Below, one piece after another: positions 50,147 through 62,218 of a DNA stretch of 64,000 bases. The stretch lies in assembly GCA_964252035.1 (NCBI GenBank), contig OZ176215.1. One strand, given 5' to 3'. The notes under the pieces were generated by a model. That model was not told where the DNA came from, did not search any database, and saw only the letters and a program-made list of their open reading frames with translations. The stretch is from Podarcis erhardii (lineage: Eukaryota). The translations under genes and the position numbers were made by a program. How positions within the stretch are numbered: the first letter of the stretch is position 1; each line of letters begins with the position of its first letter.

Positions 50147-50639
50147 TACATATGTTTACAAAATGATGCTCCCTACTAATAATCCGAATGCTACTGTCTT
50201 TTAACCCCTTGGCTGCTGCAGCCCTGTGTCTCCCTCCCTCTCCCTTCTTCTGCTCGTTGGATGTGTTCTTCCGCCACCCACACACCCATGCGCACCCACA
50301 CACAAACACACCTTCGTTGGCATCGATAAGTCACAGTGGGGTGAGAGTTGTTTATTATTAACAATACGTTGAAAGGTTAGGGAATAGTTTGGGAAATGAG
50401 ACTCAAAAATGACAAGCTGTGGCAAGGAATCCTGATATGTGCGGTTTAGAACAGAGCGCCCTGCGCAAACCCTTCCGCAGCTCTGGTGCATAAGACCACA
50501 TAGCACAGTCCAGTTACCGTCAGGAGCTTCAAGCTTCATCAGTCTTCTTATGCCCTACCAGAGTGGCCTAGGGATGGAGGCAGCCCCCAGGGGTGTTTGC
50601 TTGCCATTGGGGCTGATTGGGCAGCAGGCAGGGAGCCCG

Positions 50640-50655
50640 CCAGCAGGTGGCGCCA
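50640..50655 (+). promoter_or_regulatory. CTCF motif, forward, in CNIH2 intron 1
   Basis: CCAGCAGGTGGCGCCA, near-consensus; flanked by ATTGG and CCAAT boxes. Confidence 0.75.
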
Positions 50656-50887
50656 GAGCCAATGGCAGGCAGAGCCAGCTGAGTCTAGGTTTGCCCCCCA
50701 CCCTCCTCCTTCCTGCTGAATAATACAAGGGGCAACGCTGAGACTAAGGGGGGAGGAGGAGGAAGCTGAGAGTCCAGGCCACCCTCTGGACTGGCTGTAA
50801 GTAAGAAGGTAGGCTGAGAGCAGGCTCAGGAAAGGGCCATAGCTGCTTTGCAGGGGATTAATAAACATTAACATGGGAGGGGAAAGG

Positions 50888-51082
50888 AAAGGGCCATAGC
50901 TTAGTGGTAGAGCACCTGTTTTGCATGCAAAATCCAGGTTTGATTCCCTACCCCTCCAGGTAGAAATGGGAGTGTCCCTGCCCGAAACACAGGAGAGCTG
51001 CTGCCACTCAGTGTAGGCAATCCTGAACTATATGGATCAATGGTTGGCATGGTATATAATAAGGCAACTTCCTATGTTCGTA
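50888..51082 (+). mobile_element. tRNA-Ala-derived SINE
   Basis: GGCCATAGCTTAGTGGTAGAGCACCTGTTTTGCATGC head; AAGGCAACTTCCTATGTTC tail. Confidence 0.8.
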
Positions 51083-51142
51083 TAGGGGGTGGGGCTGTGC
51101 CCCCTTTTGCCCTACCAGAGTAGCCTCCCTTCCGTCATGTTA

Positions 51143-51488
51143 AAGGGGACCCCTGACCATTAGGTCCAGTCGTGACCGCCTCTGGGGTTGCGGCGCTCAT
51201 CTCGCTTTATTGGCTGAGGGAGCCGGCGTACAGCTTCTGAGTCATGTGGCCAGCATGACTAAGCCGCTTCTGGCAAACCAGAGCAGCGCACGGAAACGCC
51301 GTTTACCTTCCCGCCGGAGCGGTACCTATTTATCTACTTGCACTTTGACGTGCTTTCGAACTGCTAGGTTGGCAGGAGCAGGGACCGAGCAACAGGAGCT
51401 CACCCCGTCGTGGGGATTCGAACCGCCGACCTTCTGATCGGCAAGTCCTAGGCTCTGTGGTTTAACCCACAGCGCCACCCGCGTCCCG
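51143..51488 (-). mobile_element. Sauria SINE (subfamily B)
   Basis: Full length; TSD TTCCGTCATGTTA at 51130-51142 and 51489-51501. Confidence 0.95.
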
Positions 51489-52063
51489 TTCCGTCATGTT
51501 AGGGGCTGCTTATAGGTGGTCAGGATTTTGTTCTGTGCTTGTGTGCGTGGAATTGTGTGGTGGGCGGGCAGTAATGTGGTTAGGCGATTTCAGATTCTGG
51601 ACTAAATGTTCTTGTAAGAGGCTTGGTGTTCTCCTTAGATGAAAGTGGGGGTTATTTAATACACTTCAGAATGTGGTAAGCCAGCCCACCCCCCAACCCC
51701 CTGCTGCATTTGAGAAGGCCTTCCCAGACAGCACCAGATTCTCTCAGATGAAATTACACCAAGTGCATCAGGTGTGCCGTCCACAATATGGCATCCCAGC
51801 CCGCCCTCCTCTCTGTCTCTGCCTCCTACACTCAGGTATAATATGCACAGCTGATTGGCATGGCTTTAAAGTCATAGCCAGGCTTAGTTTGAAAGGCAAA
51901 AGTACAATCAAGCATGTGCAGAGCACCTTTGGTCCATTCCCCCCACTGAGGATGTTTGGAGAGGGAGCTTAACTCAGAACTGCGCCGTAGACTATTTTCT
52001 ATGCAGGATGTTCCAAGGGTAATTGAGCATGTGCAGAGTGCATTTGCTTTTTCCACTGAGGGA

Positions 52064-52450
52064 AGGCCCGTAGTGCAGCAGTAGAGCATCTGCTTTCAGG
52101 TCCCAGGTTCAAGCCGCAGCCCCTTCAGCTAGGGCTGGGAGAGCCCCCTGCCTGAAACCTTGGAGAGATGCTGCCAGTCAGTGTAAACAGTACTGAGCTA
52201 GACAGACTGGTGTTTTGGCTCATTATAAAGCATCTCCCTCTGTTGCTAAGGGGGAGGGAGCAGAACTGCCCTCCATGCAGAACATCCCAGATTCAGTCAC
52301 TGGCCTCTCCAGTGGAAAGATGACGAAGAAGACCTCTCTCTCTCTCTCTCTCTGCCTTAGAGAGCCACTGCCGGCCAGAGTTGGCAGTACTGGACTAGAT
52401 GAAGCTACAGAGGCTGCTCAATAGCCTGATGCCTTAAGGCAACTTCCCGC
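52064..52450 (+). mobile_element. Two tandem degenerate tRNA-Ala-derived SINEs
   Basis: AGAGCATCTGCTTT..GGTCCCAGGTTCAA head and GCTGCCAGTCAGTGT body; second copy with a (CT)n insert and AAGGCAACTTCC tail. Confidence 0.6.
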
Positions 52451-53376
52451 GTTTCTAATCAAGCAATACTAATGTTTCGTTCCTAATAGACAACAGGGGG
52501 CTGAAAGGTCACAGAATCTAACCTTGTATATAAGACACACCTCTGTGTTCCATCCTGTGTTTGCCGATGAGACTTAAAGGGCTTTTCGAACTTCAAGCCT
52601 TGTGTGATTTGTGTAAGCCAAATCAATTGTTTCCGCAGAACCGAAAGCATAAGGTGTGTTGGGTGTGTGGGGTTGCAACACAAGCGAGTCTTCTGACCAA
52701 TTTATTCCTGGGACATTTATTCATTTAATATACACCCCTTCCCCAGTTCCGCATGGAGCACAGGGCTGGCTTGCACAGTTTTCCTCCTTTAATCCCCACA
52801 ACAGCCCTGCGAGGTAGATTAGGCTGATAGCCAGTGCTTGACTCCAAGGTCTCCCCCTTGAGCTTTGTTCATGGCTGAATGGGGGATTCGAACCCTGGTC
52901 CTGACCCGACACTCTACCCACTAACAGTGCACCAGCTCTCATCCCTGACCATTGGCTGTGCTGGTTGAGGCTGGTGCGGGTTCAAGTCCAGCCGCATCCG
53001 GATGGCCACTGGTTCCCCAACCCAGACTATCCCACTCTCCCCCGACCCCCCGTTGAAGCAGGAACTGTTTGGAGCCTCGTGTGTGAAGCCGGGGATGACA
53101 GCTAGCTGGACATGCAAAGGCTTTGAGGCTGACGACCTGCCGTCTCCGTTAAGAAAAATAGAAAAAGGACCTCTGAATTCTGGGATCAGTGGAACTGCTG
53201 GTTTGCCTCTCCTATGTGCGTCTATCTCTTTCCACCCATCTGTGATTACTGTGGAGGGACTCCATCTCAGAGTACACGATGTGCGAGGCTGGGTTTGAAG
53301 TCCGCCGTTTCTCATTTTGAGGAGCATCGGGTCGCGGTGACATGCCAGTTGCGGCAATCTGTGCCGTGGTCTGGGA

Positions 53377-53460
53377 ATGAATTATAAAGCGGTGGCGGCA
53401 GCGGTGGTGGGCACAGCCCTCTGCCTGCTTCTTTACAATACATTTGCCTTAGACCCACCA
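53377..53460 (+). other. Candidate unannotated coding exon (signal peptide/TM-like) in CNIH2 intron 1
   Basis: gggaATG AAT TAT...CCA CCA|gtaagg; 28 codons MNYKAVAAAVVGTALCLLLYNTFALDPP; phase-0 donor like CNIH2 exon 1; locally CpG-enriched. Inferred from sequence only. Confidence 0.35.
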
Positions 53461-55698
53461 GTAAGGGGGAGGCTTGGCAGACGTTGCAGGGGGAGAAACG
53501 AAAAAGCCATGTGCTCGGCTGGCTTGGTGGTGAGAGCAAGTGTCCTGCGGGGGCTCTCCTTTTCCTCTCCACCCTTGCAAAGTCAGCATGGGCTGCCTCT
53601 CGGGATTTGCGAGCCCTGGGAGTCAAGCGAGTCGGCTCACCGCAAGCCACAGGGTCAGGCAAGTCGACTCACATTCTCTGGTACACTCCGAGAAAAGCCG
53701 GATTTCAGCTTCTGAAACAGAAAGCGAGGGCTGCTTCGCAGGCCAGATAAGGCAACAAAGGGGGGAGGCGGGGAAAGGATATCTGCTTATGGACGAGACA
53801 CCCCCTCCTCAATCCAATTGGTACCCCCCCCCCACATCGGGCGTGTGTACATACCTTTGCCACTTCAAAAACACTTGCTTCCGTCACTCACACATTGAAC
53901 TTTTAAGCCACGGAAGCAGTAATGGCTGCCTAGTAGCGTTCAATGCCACCTTAAGCTCCTAGTCCTCATGAGTAGGTAGGGGAAATCCTTACGTTTCAAA
54001 TACACATCATGCATTTGGAGCACATCCTGCCCTTGCCTCCCCCCCCCAAAGGACACTGGGAACTGGAGTTTGTTAAGGGGGTGCTGGGAACTGGAGCTCT
54101 GCGAGGGATGCAAACTACAGTTCCCGTGATTCTTGGGTGGGCAGAGGATGTGTTCTAAACGTCTTCCTTATTGGGGTAGCTTTGAAGCCTGCACTCTGCA
54201 GTCGTTGCCGGAATATTTAAGGGTTTTTGCAGGTGTGCAGGTAGCTCACTAATCTGCATCTTTCCCCGTCAATCCCTGTTTTCTTTATTTCCATTTTTTA
54301 CATTGTCTGCGGGAAGCAGGTTGAGGTGTGTTCTTTCCTCCTAGAAAGAGCCCCTCTGCTTGGGGTTCCTGCCAAGCCGCATTGCTGCTGGTGCCCATTG
54401 GGGTTGGTGGGGCAGAGGGCAGGGGAGCCCAAAAGGGGGCGGAGCCAGAGCTAGTGACAGGTGGAGTCCCTCCCTTTCTCCCCCTCCCTGTTGAGTTCTT
54501 CAAGGGGCAACACTGAGGAAGAGGAAGGTGACAGACAGTGCCTACCCTCTGGACAATGGGGCAAAAGATTCCTGCACTTTGGGGGGTGGGGGTCCCTTCC
54601 AACTCTCCAATTCTGTGATTCTAAGGGAGCAGGCAGGTGAGGGCTGGCCCAGGGCAGACTGAACGGACCTGCCCTTATGAACCAGCCTCCGCTGCCTGCA
54701 GGATGCTATAAGCTCAAACATTTTTGTTATTACAATATTTGTATCTCACCTTTCCCTCAAGGACCTCGAGGTGATAGATATGGTTCTCACCCCTCCTAGT
54801 TATCCTTAGAGCGACCTTGTGAGGTAGGTTAGACTGAGAGATGGTGATTGGCCTAAGATCGTTTGGATGCGTGGAAACTGGAACTCGGGACTCCCGGGTC
54901 CTGGTCCAGCATGTTTCCCCCACCTCCAGAGTTTTCAGTCTTCTACCCCGCCCCCCAGTTCTGTGAGTGATGAGGGTGCTCGATTCTTCATTGGGGTGTT
55001 TTGGGGACGGGTTGCCCCCTTTGTTTAAATATTTCTTTTCATTCCTTCAGCCCTCAAGGTTCCCTCCAGCGTGCTGATATCTCTCCCTCTTATGTCTCAG
55101 TTCTGCAGATTTCTTTAAAAACCTTCTCTTCTTGGGTGTAGAAAGAAAAATGAAAGGAAGAGTGAAATGTTTGTTTTTATTTTATTTAAGAAGCTTTATA
55201 CATTACTTGATTGTAGTAAAACCTCCAAATGGGTCGCAAGCGGTGTTGAAATTATCAATAAAAAACAGTGAAAAGCAGTGAAAAATAATTAGAAGTAAAG
55301 GAGATTAAAACAGGTCATCAGCTGCCTGTCTGGATAGGCTTAAGCAAAACTGCTTTAAGCAGGCACCAAAATTATTTGTTAGTGAATGTGGTAAGTACAG
55401 TTTTGCAGGCCCATCTATCGCATGTAGGCATGCTTGTAATGGAACAAAGTCAAACGTGATGTGATGGACTGTTAGAAGCGTCTCTCTAGGTCTTGGAAGA
55501 CCAAGTGCAAATCCATCTTCAGCCATGAACCATGCTGGGTAACCTTGCGGCTAGATCTCTCTCATCATCAACCTCATAGGATGGTTGGAAGAATTTTTAA
55601 AAAAGAAGAAGGGCGAACTGTGTGTGCCCAACCCTTGGAGCAAAAGTGGGGTGAATGAAAATGTAATGTAAGCAGATTCTTGGTGGCAAACCCTGGTT

Positions 55699-56240
55699 TC
55701 ATAGAATCATAGAATCATAGAGTTGGAAGAGACCACAAGGTCCATCGAGTCCAACCCCCTGCCAAGCAGGAAACACCATCAGAGCACTCCTGACATATGG
55801 TTGTCAAGCCTCTGCTTAAAGACCTCCAAAGAAGGAGACTCCACCACACTCCTTGGCAGCAAATTCCACTGTCAAACAGCTCTTACTGTCAGGAAGTTCT
55901 TCCTAATCTTTAGGTGGAATCTTCTTTCTTGTAGTTTGGAACCATTGCTCCGTGTCCGCTTCTCTGGAGCAGCAGAAAACAACCTTTCTCCCTCCTCTAT
56001 GTGACATCCTTTTATATATTTGAACATGGCTATCATATCACCCCTTAACCTCCTCTTCTCCAGGCTAAACATGCCCAGCTCCCTTAGCCGTTCCTCATAA
56101 GGCATCGTTTCCAGGCCTTTGACCATTTTGGTTGCCCTCCTCTGGACACGTTCCAGTTTGTCAGTGTCCTTCTTGAACTGTGGTGCCCAGAACTGGACAC
56201 AGTACTCCAGGTGAGGTCTGACCAGAGCAGAATACAGTGG
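55699..56240 (-). mobile_element. CR1 LINE, 5'-truncated, intact-looking ORF2 C-terminus
   Basis: ORF 55872-56315 contains [40 protein letters not shown]...RRLRGDMI; (ATTCTATG)n-type 3' tail. Confidence 0.95.
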
Positions 56241-56304
56241 CAAGACGTCTGCACCTGAAACAATACACAAGCTAGCCATGGTTCCAAGGTATCCGGTTTC
56301 AACA

Positions 56305-56450
56305 CATAGAGTCACAGAATGGCAGAGCTGGAAGGGACCCCGAGGGTCATCTAGTCCAACCCCCTGAAATGCAGGAATCTCGGCTAAAGCATCCCTGGCA
56401 GATGGCCACCCAACCTCTGCTTAAAAACCTCCACGGAAGGAGAGTCCAGG
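56305..56450 (-). mobile_element. CR1 3' end fragment
   Basis: GAGCTGGAAGGGACCCCGAGGGTCATCTAGTCCAACCCCCTG...CTCTGCTTAAAAACCTCC. Confidence 0.75.
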
Positions 56451-56527
56451 TAGGTCTGTGGTTGCCCATTGCGGTGGAACCGACGGCCTGAGTCAGTATA
56501 AGGTAGCTTCCTATGTTGTGTTGTGGA

Positions 56528-56710
56528 TGGGCCATGCGTGGCTCAGGGGTGGAGCACCTGCTTTGCATGCAGAAGGTCCCGGGTTCAAACCTCGGCATCT
56601 CCAGGTAGGCATGGGAATGCCTCTTGTACGAAACCCTGGAGAACCACAGCTAGCCTCAGAGACAATTCTGAGCTAGATGGAGCCGTGGTCTGATCCAGGA
56701 ACACAGGAAG
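56528..56710 (+). mobile_element. tRNA-Ala-derived SINE
   Basis: GGCTCAGGGGTGGAGCACCTGCTTTGCATGCAGAAGGTCCCGGGTTCAAACC head plus shared body. Confidence 0.8.
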
Positions 56711-57699
56711 CTCTGCTTATCTTGTGTTTTCATCTTCTACGAAGGTGTTCTGCGTGGTATGTGGTGTGTAGGGTTTCTCGCCTGTCTCCCATTTAACTGT
56801 CCTGGACCCATTTTTCCCAGTACTTGTACCCAGAAGCTCCAGAACAGCTCTTGTTCACGTTTTAAAACGAGACTCCCTATTTATTCCAGAAATTTATTGG
56901 CTGCCCCCCACCTCGCAAAGCCCACCATTCCGTTTACGGCATAGTAGCATAGTAAACAACATAGTGTCATGTACGCAGCATAATGTCCGTAAAACAACGT
57001 TTAAAAAACAAAACAAAAATTGTTGCACCAATACAATTCACCATAAGCAATTCATCTATAAGCAGCTGCGCCAAGCCATGCATCAGGCCAGCCCAGTGAT
57101 AAACTCCTCAGTGTGGCCCCCGCGAAATGCAACATAAATTATCATCTATGCTCAGGTGCAACTAAAAACATACGGCATATTTAGCGCCACCAGCAGCAGT
57201 TTGAAAAATAGGTTTTTAGAAAGCCAGCAGTCCCAAGACCAAAAGCACAAAGGGTGTTCAAAGTGTGTATGCTTGAACACAATAAGAGCTCTGGCTGGCA
57301 AGCAAGACTCCGACAATTTCTTTGAAACTTGGTACCCTTTTTTGGGGGGGGGGTAACATTCTCCGCTGGAAATCCCAACGTATTGTTAATTTCTGTTCCA
57401 CGGAGGGGGGAAACAATCTGGTGGGATTTGTTTATTTGTTGTTTTGAAAAACCAGTAAATCTTGAAAAACCAAAATGTGCAAACCTAGGTCTAAACACAT
57501 AACGGCAGACCCTCTGTCGGCTCTCACTTGGGGGCTTTTCCCATGTGGGATAATTTCCTGCGGCGGTTGGGGGCAGTGGGTCAGGCCCATGCCAGCCTCT
57601 TGCTTTGCCACCCTGCGTGCCAGGCTGCGTAAACAGCTGCCCCATCTCACTTGACAGAAGGGTCTGCTTTGTTGAAAGGGTGTTTTAAAATAGAGCCTC

Positions 57700-57700
<1 letters not shown>

Positions 57701-57743
<43 letters not shown>
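57701..57743. repeat. (GT)n microsatellite
   Basis: Direct. Confidence 0.95.
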
Positions 57744-57748
<5 letters not shown>

Positions 57749-57861
57749 GTGCAATGGGTAGCAAATCGATGTTGGAATGATCTTGTGAACGTGCCCTTGG
57801 AGAGCTCCTTGCCCGCTGGGTATGGTTTTAACTCGCTGGGTCCCCTCAATTGGCAGCTGTT

Positions 57862-57875
57862 GTTGCCCTGGCAAC
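57862..57875. promoter_or_regulatory. RFX X-box in CNIH2 intron 1
   Basis: GTTGCCCTGGCAAC, near-palindromic consensus; E-box CAGCTG at 57854-57859. Confidence 0.65.
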
Positions 57876-58539
57876 CAACCATACCTCCCAGGTCTGTGCG
57901 GTTGAGGTGAAAAAGACTCGGCTGTATTTATTTCCCCCCCATCCCCTCCTCCATCATCTTCCCCCCTCCTTCCTCATTGGGGGCAGGTTCTTGTCTCAGT
58001 GGGAACAGGGGGGAGCTGTGCTTCTACGGGGGCGGATGGAAGTAGAACAGCAATCGAGCTCCCAGGCCTTTGATATCCGTTCTCACTGTGGGGCGGGGGG
58101 GGGGGGGGAGAGAGAGGAACAGCTTAGTCTGAAAGTAATGATACGTGGGGCACACGTCGCCCCTGGTTTTGGTCGCTTTGGCTCCAGATTTCTCAGCGGC
58201 GAGGTGATAGGGGGACGACAGAGAGAGAGAGAGGTTTCTTCGCGAGGAAAGAGCAAGGGTTTGTGGGGGTAAATGCCAGGTATCTAGGCAAATTTGTGTG
58301 CCCGGATGCTGAAAAACCAGTGGCAGAGATGACGGGGGACATCTTTTCAAGAAAGAAATGCCAAAGGGGTTTTGGGTTGTGCAACTTTGGCAGCCCGGAG
58401 AGGCAGGAGGTGGAATGGCTGCCTCAGAGATTCATAATAAAACTTGCTCCCGGGGTTGTCGTACGCAAAAGGGGAATCGTGCGTAGAACTGCTCATGAAA
58501 GTGTGAGGTCATTCATGGGTTGTTTGCGTCAATTTTATT

Positions 58540-58752
58540 CATGGAGCTGTAGAGTCAGAAGAGACCCCTGTGGTCATCTAGTCTAACCCCCTGCAATGCA
58601 GGTATCGCAGCTCAACGATTCCTGGCAGGTGGCTGCCCAACCTCTGCTTAGAAATCTCCAAGGAAGGAGAGTCCACCATCTTCTGAGGGAGTCCGTTCCA
58701 CCGTCAAACAGTTCTAACCACCAGGACGTTTTTCCTAATGTTTAGTCGGACA
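58540..58752 (-). mobile_element. CR1 3' fragment
   Basis: GGTCATCTAGTCTAACCCCCTGCAATGCAGG...GGAAGGAGAGTCCACC...TTTTCCTAATGTTTAG. Confidence 0.75.
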
Positions 58753-59046
58753 CACTTGCCTTCACAAAAGAGCTCTGGGTGGTGTCCATGGGTGTCTCCC
58801 CCCTCCAAAAAAAATTCTATACTAATATCATCCTTGTGAGGTAGGTCAGGCTGAGAGGTCAAGAAGGCCCTGCGTTCATTCCCAGCATCTCCACGTAGGA
58901 CTGGGAGAGATCCCTGCCTGAAGCCTTGGAGAGCAAGCTGCCAGCCAGTGTTGACCAGGGGTGGGGAACTTAAAGACCAAGGGCCACATTCTGTCCTCCC
59001 AGCCTCTCTGTCCAGCGCTCTGGAATTTCCCCAGGTCACAACACCT

Positions 59047-59305
59047 CAGTGGTGTAGCATGGGTTGCTGGCATCTGGGGCAGGGCAAGTGTTGTGCTCCC
59101 CCCCAGTGGATTGGGCAACTGGGGTTGGGGGTACACGCCAGGGAGGGGGAACGGTGCCCACTTCCAACAAGCTCCTTGCCCACTGCCTCCATCCACCTGC
59201 TCACTAGACCAACCCTCCTGCTGCCTCAGCTGCCAGGGCTCTGTGCCTGTTGCGGAGGCACCCCCTAAAAAATGTGCACCCAGGGCACCCCCCACTTTGC
59301 CTCTG
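59047..59305. mobile_element. Older hAT MITE related to 45561-45729
   Basis: Starts CAGTGGTGTAGCATGGGTTG (CpG-decayed form of the 45561 TIR); perfect 8-bp TSD CAACACCT (59039-59046, 59306-59313). Confidence 0.85.
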
Positions 59306-59443
59306 CAACACCTTTCCAGCCCTGCTTTGTACCCTCTTTGAAGACTGTGTCCTTGAACTGTAATAAAACGCCCTGCTTGCCTGGATGAAAAGCAGTGGGT
59401 GAGAGTGTTTAGAAACCACTGCTTTTCCCCTGGCTGCAGCTTA

Positions 59444-59802
59444 AAAGGTAAAGGTAAAGGGACCCCTGACCATTAGGTCCAGTTGTGGCCGGCTCTGGGG
59501 TTGCAGCGCTCATCTCGCTTTATTGGCCGAGGGAGCCGGCGTACAGTGTCTGGGTCATGTGGCCAGCATGACAAAGCCGCTTCTGGCGAACCAGAGCAGC
59601 GCATGGAAATGCCGTTTACTTTCCCGCAGGAGTGGTACCTATTTATCTACTTGCACTTTGACATGCTTTCAAACTGCTAGGTTGGCAGGAGCAGGGACCG
59701 AGCAACGGGAGCTCACCCTGTCACGGGGATTCGAACCGCTGACCTTCTGATCAGCAAGTCCTAGGCTCTGTGGTTTAATCCACAGCGCCACCCATGTCCC
59801 GA
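59444..59802 (-). mobile_element. Sauria SINE (subfamily B)
   Basis: Full length; TSD CTGCAGCTTA at 59434-59443 and 59803-59812. Confidence 0.95.
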
Positions 59803-60973
59803 CTGCAGCTTAGCCTGCAATTAAAAAAAGGAAAGTGTAGCACCTGTTGCTCTTCCCATCACTGACAGGCAGGCCTGGGGGGGGGGTGCGCCACGAGGCA
59901 ATGCAGGTCTTGGCCTGACAAAATGTCCCCCACCTCTCAGGCCCCTTCTGCACCATGCAATTGAAGCAGAACCATGGCACTTTAAACAACCATGGCTTCT
60001 CCCAGAGAACTCTGGGAATTGGAGGGTGCTGAGAGCTGCCCCCTATTCTCTTCCCAGTTGTTAAACTACTCTGTGAATTGCAGCTCTGCGAGGGGCATAG
60101 GGGTCTCCCAACAACAACACCCCCCAGGATTTTTTTGGGGGGGCAGAAAGCCATTGCTGTTCAAAGTGGTGCTTTAAATGCATACTTCAAATGCATACAT
60201 TGACAGTATTGAGCTAGATGAGCCAGTTTTCTGACGTGGCATGAGCCATCTTTCTAGGGTGGGTGGCCTAAGAAAGTCAGAAGTGTCTGGCAGCTGGATC
60301 AGGCCCATCTCACCCAACGTCCTGCTCTCACGGTGTCTGACCAGATGCTCCACCGGGATGTTTGCAAGCAGGACCCCTGAGCCCAGCAGTCGCTCTCTCG
60401 CCCCTTGCGATTCGCAGCAACTGGTCTTCCGATATTGGGGGTGGTGCACAGTGGGGAGGCTGGTGACGCGTTTCAGAGTTTGTTATGGAATCCTGATTAG
60501 TCTGCACAACTGAGCGAATATGCTTAGCTTAGCTGCAGAGGAAAGGGGAGGAAAAATAAGATAATTTCTGCCCAGGGCTTCGTTTGAGTGAGGGCTCATG
60601 GGCATTCTCTTCAAGGTCTGGATTTGGTTCTCCCCCTCCCTTTTAATGCAAGTTCCTGAAGCATGTGAAATAATCATGCTTTATGAGCTTAGGGACTTTG
60701 TTGTCCATGAAGTGCAGCGACCTGAGATGGCCTTTTAAAAAGGACTTGGACAACTTTGCAGAATCAACTGCTTTTGGCAGTGATTAGAGGAAAATGGAGC
60801 CTCTCCTCACCTTCAGAGGTGTGATGGAGATAATAATCTTGTCCCTCCAGCTTGCCAGATTTACCAGATGTTGGGATCAACCACTGATAGCAAGGAAGGC
60901 GGCTGCTTTGATTAACCCTCCCCTCCCCAGACGTGACTTCCCACTGACACCCAGTGTTAGAAATTTGGATATA

Positions 60974-61324
60974 TAAAGGTAAAGGGACCCCTGACCATTA
61001 GGTCCAGTCGTGGCCGCCTCTGGGGTTGCGGCGCTCATCTCGCTTTATTGGCCGAGGGAGCCGGCGTACAGCTTCCGGGTCATGTGGCCAGCATGACTAA
61101 GCCGCTTCTGGCAAACCAGAGCAGCGCACGGAAACGCCATTTACCTTCCCGTCGGAGCGGTACCTATTTATCTACTTGCAGTTTGACGTGCTTTTGAACT
61201 GCTAGGTTGGCAGGAGCAGGGACCGAGCAACGGGAGCTCACCCCATCGCGGGGATTTGAACTGCCGACCTTCTGATCGGCAAGCCCTAGGCTCTGTGGTT
61301 TAAACCACAGCGCCACCTGCGTCC
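60974..61324 (-). mobile_element. Sauria SINE (subfamily B)
   Basis: Full length; TSD-like TGGATATATAA / TGGATACATAA. Confidence 0.93.
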
Positions 61325-61682
61325 TTGTGGATACATAATCTAGGTGCCAAATGGCTCCTTAAACCCAGGGTTGCAGTCTTCAAAACGGAATGCCTAGTTG
61401 CCATTTGGGGGCCAGACAGCTCAAGAGTCATATTTTTCAATGTGACTTTTTGGTTCCTGAAATTCATTCCGATTGTGCAGATAAAATATAACTGACAGAA
61501 TCCTGCAGGATGTGTTGCTGTAGTGTGTGAAAACAGTCCAGATCCAAGGATCCTCTCCAGATAGTGGAGAAGTCAGGTGCCATCCTGGCTCACGGGCATC
61601 TTCACTTGGCTGATAGCAAGTTACAAAATGTGCCTGGTGAATTTTGAATGAATTTTGACACCCCATCCCTGGAATGCCTATT

Positions 61683-62218
61683 GTTGTTGTTGTTGTTTAG
61701 TTGTTTAGTCGTGTCCGCCTCTTCGTGACCCCCTGGACCAGAGCACGCCAGGCACTCCTGTCTTCCATTGCCTCCCACAGTTTGGTCAAACTCATGCTGG
61801 TAGCTTCGAGAACACTGTCCAACCATCTCATCCTCTGTTGTCCCCTTCTCCTTGTGCCCTTCATCTTTCCCAGCATCAGGGTCTTTTCCAGGGAGTCTTC
61901 TCTTCTCATGAGGTGGCCAAAGTATTGAAGCTTCAGCTTCAAGATCATTCCTTCCAGTGGGCACTCAGGGCTGATTTCCTTCAGAATGGATACATTTGAT
62001 CTTCTTGCAGTCCATGGGACTCTCAAGAGTCTCCTCCAGCACTATAATTCAAAAGTATCAATTCTTCGGCCATCAGCCTTCTTTATGGTCCAGCTCTCAC
62101 TTCCATACATCACTACTGGGAAAACCATGGCTTTAACTATACGGACCTTTGTTGGCAAGGTGATGTCTCTGCTTTTTAAGATGCTGTCTAGGATTGCCAT
62201 TGCTTTTCTCCCAAGGGA
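61683..62218 (-). mobile_element. BovB (RTE) LINE, 5'-truncated
   Basis: ORF 61697-62026 RVPWTARRSNVSILKEISPECPLEGMILKLKLQYFGHLMRREDSLEKTLMLGK...RMRWLD is a BovB C-terminus; (CAA)n tail; TSD-like GAATGCCTATT / GAATGCTTATT. Confidence 0.95.

Noticed and set aside
53322-53460. Reading the 53377 exon as a 139-nt cassette exon using the AG at 53320-53321
   Set aside because: The acceptor is a weak GAG type and inclusion gives an early stop and frameshift. A poison exon is possible but less supported than the alternative-first-exon model.
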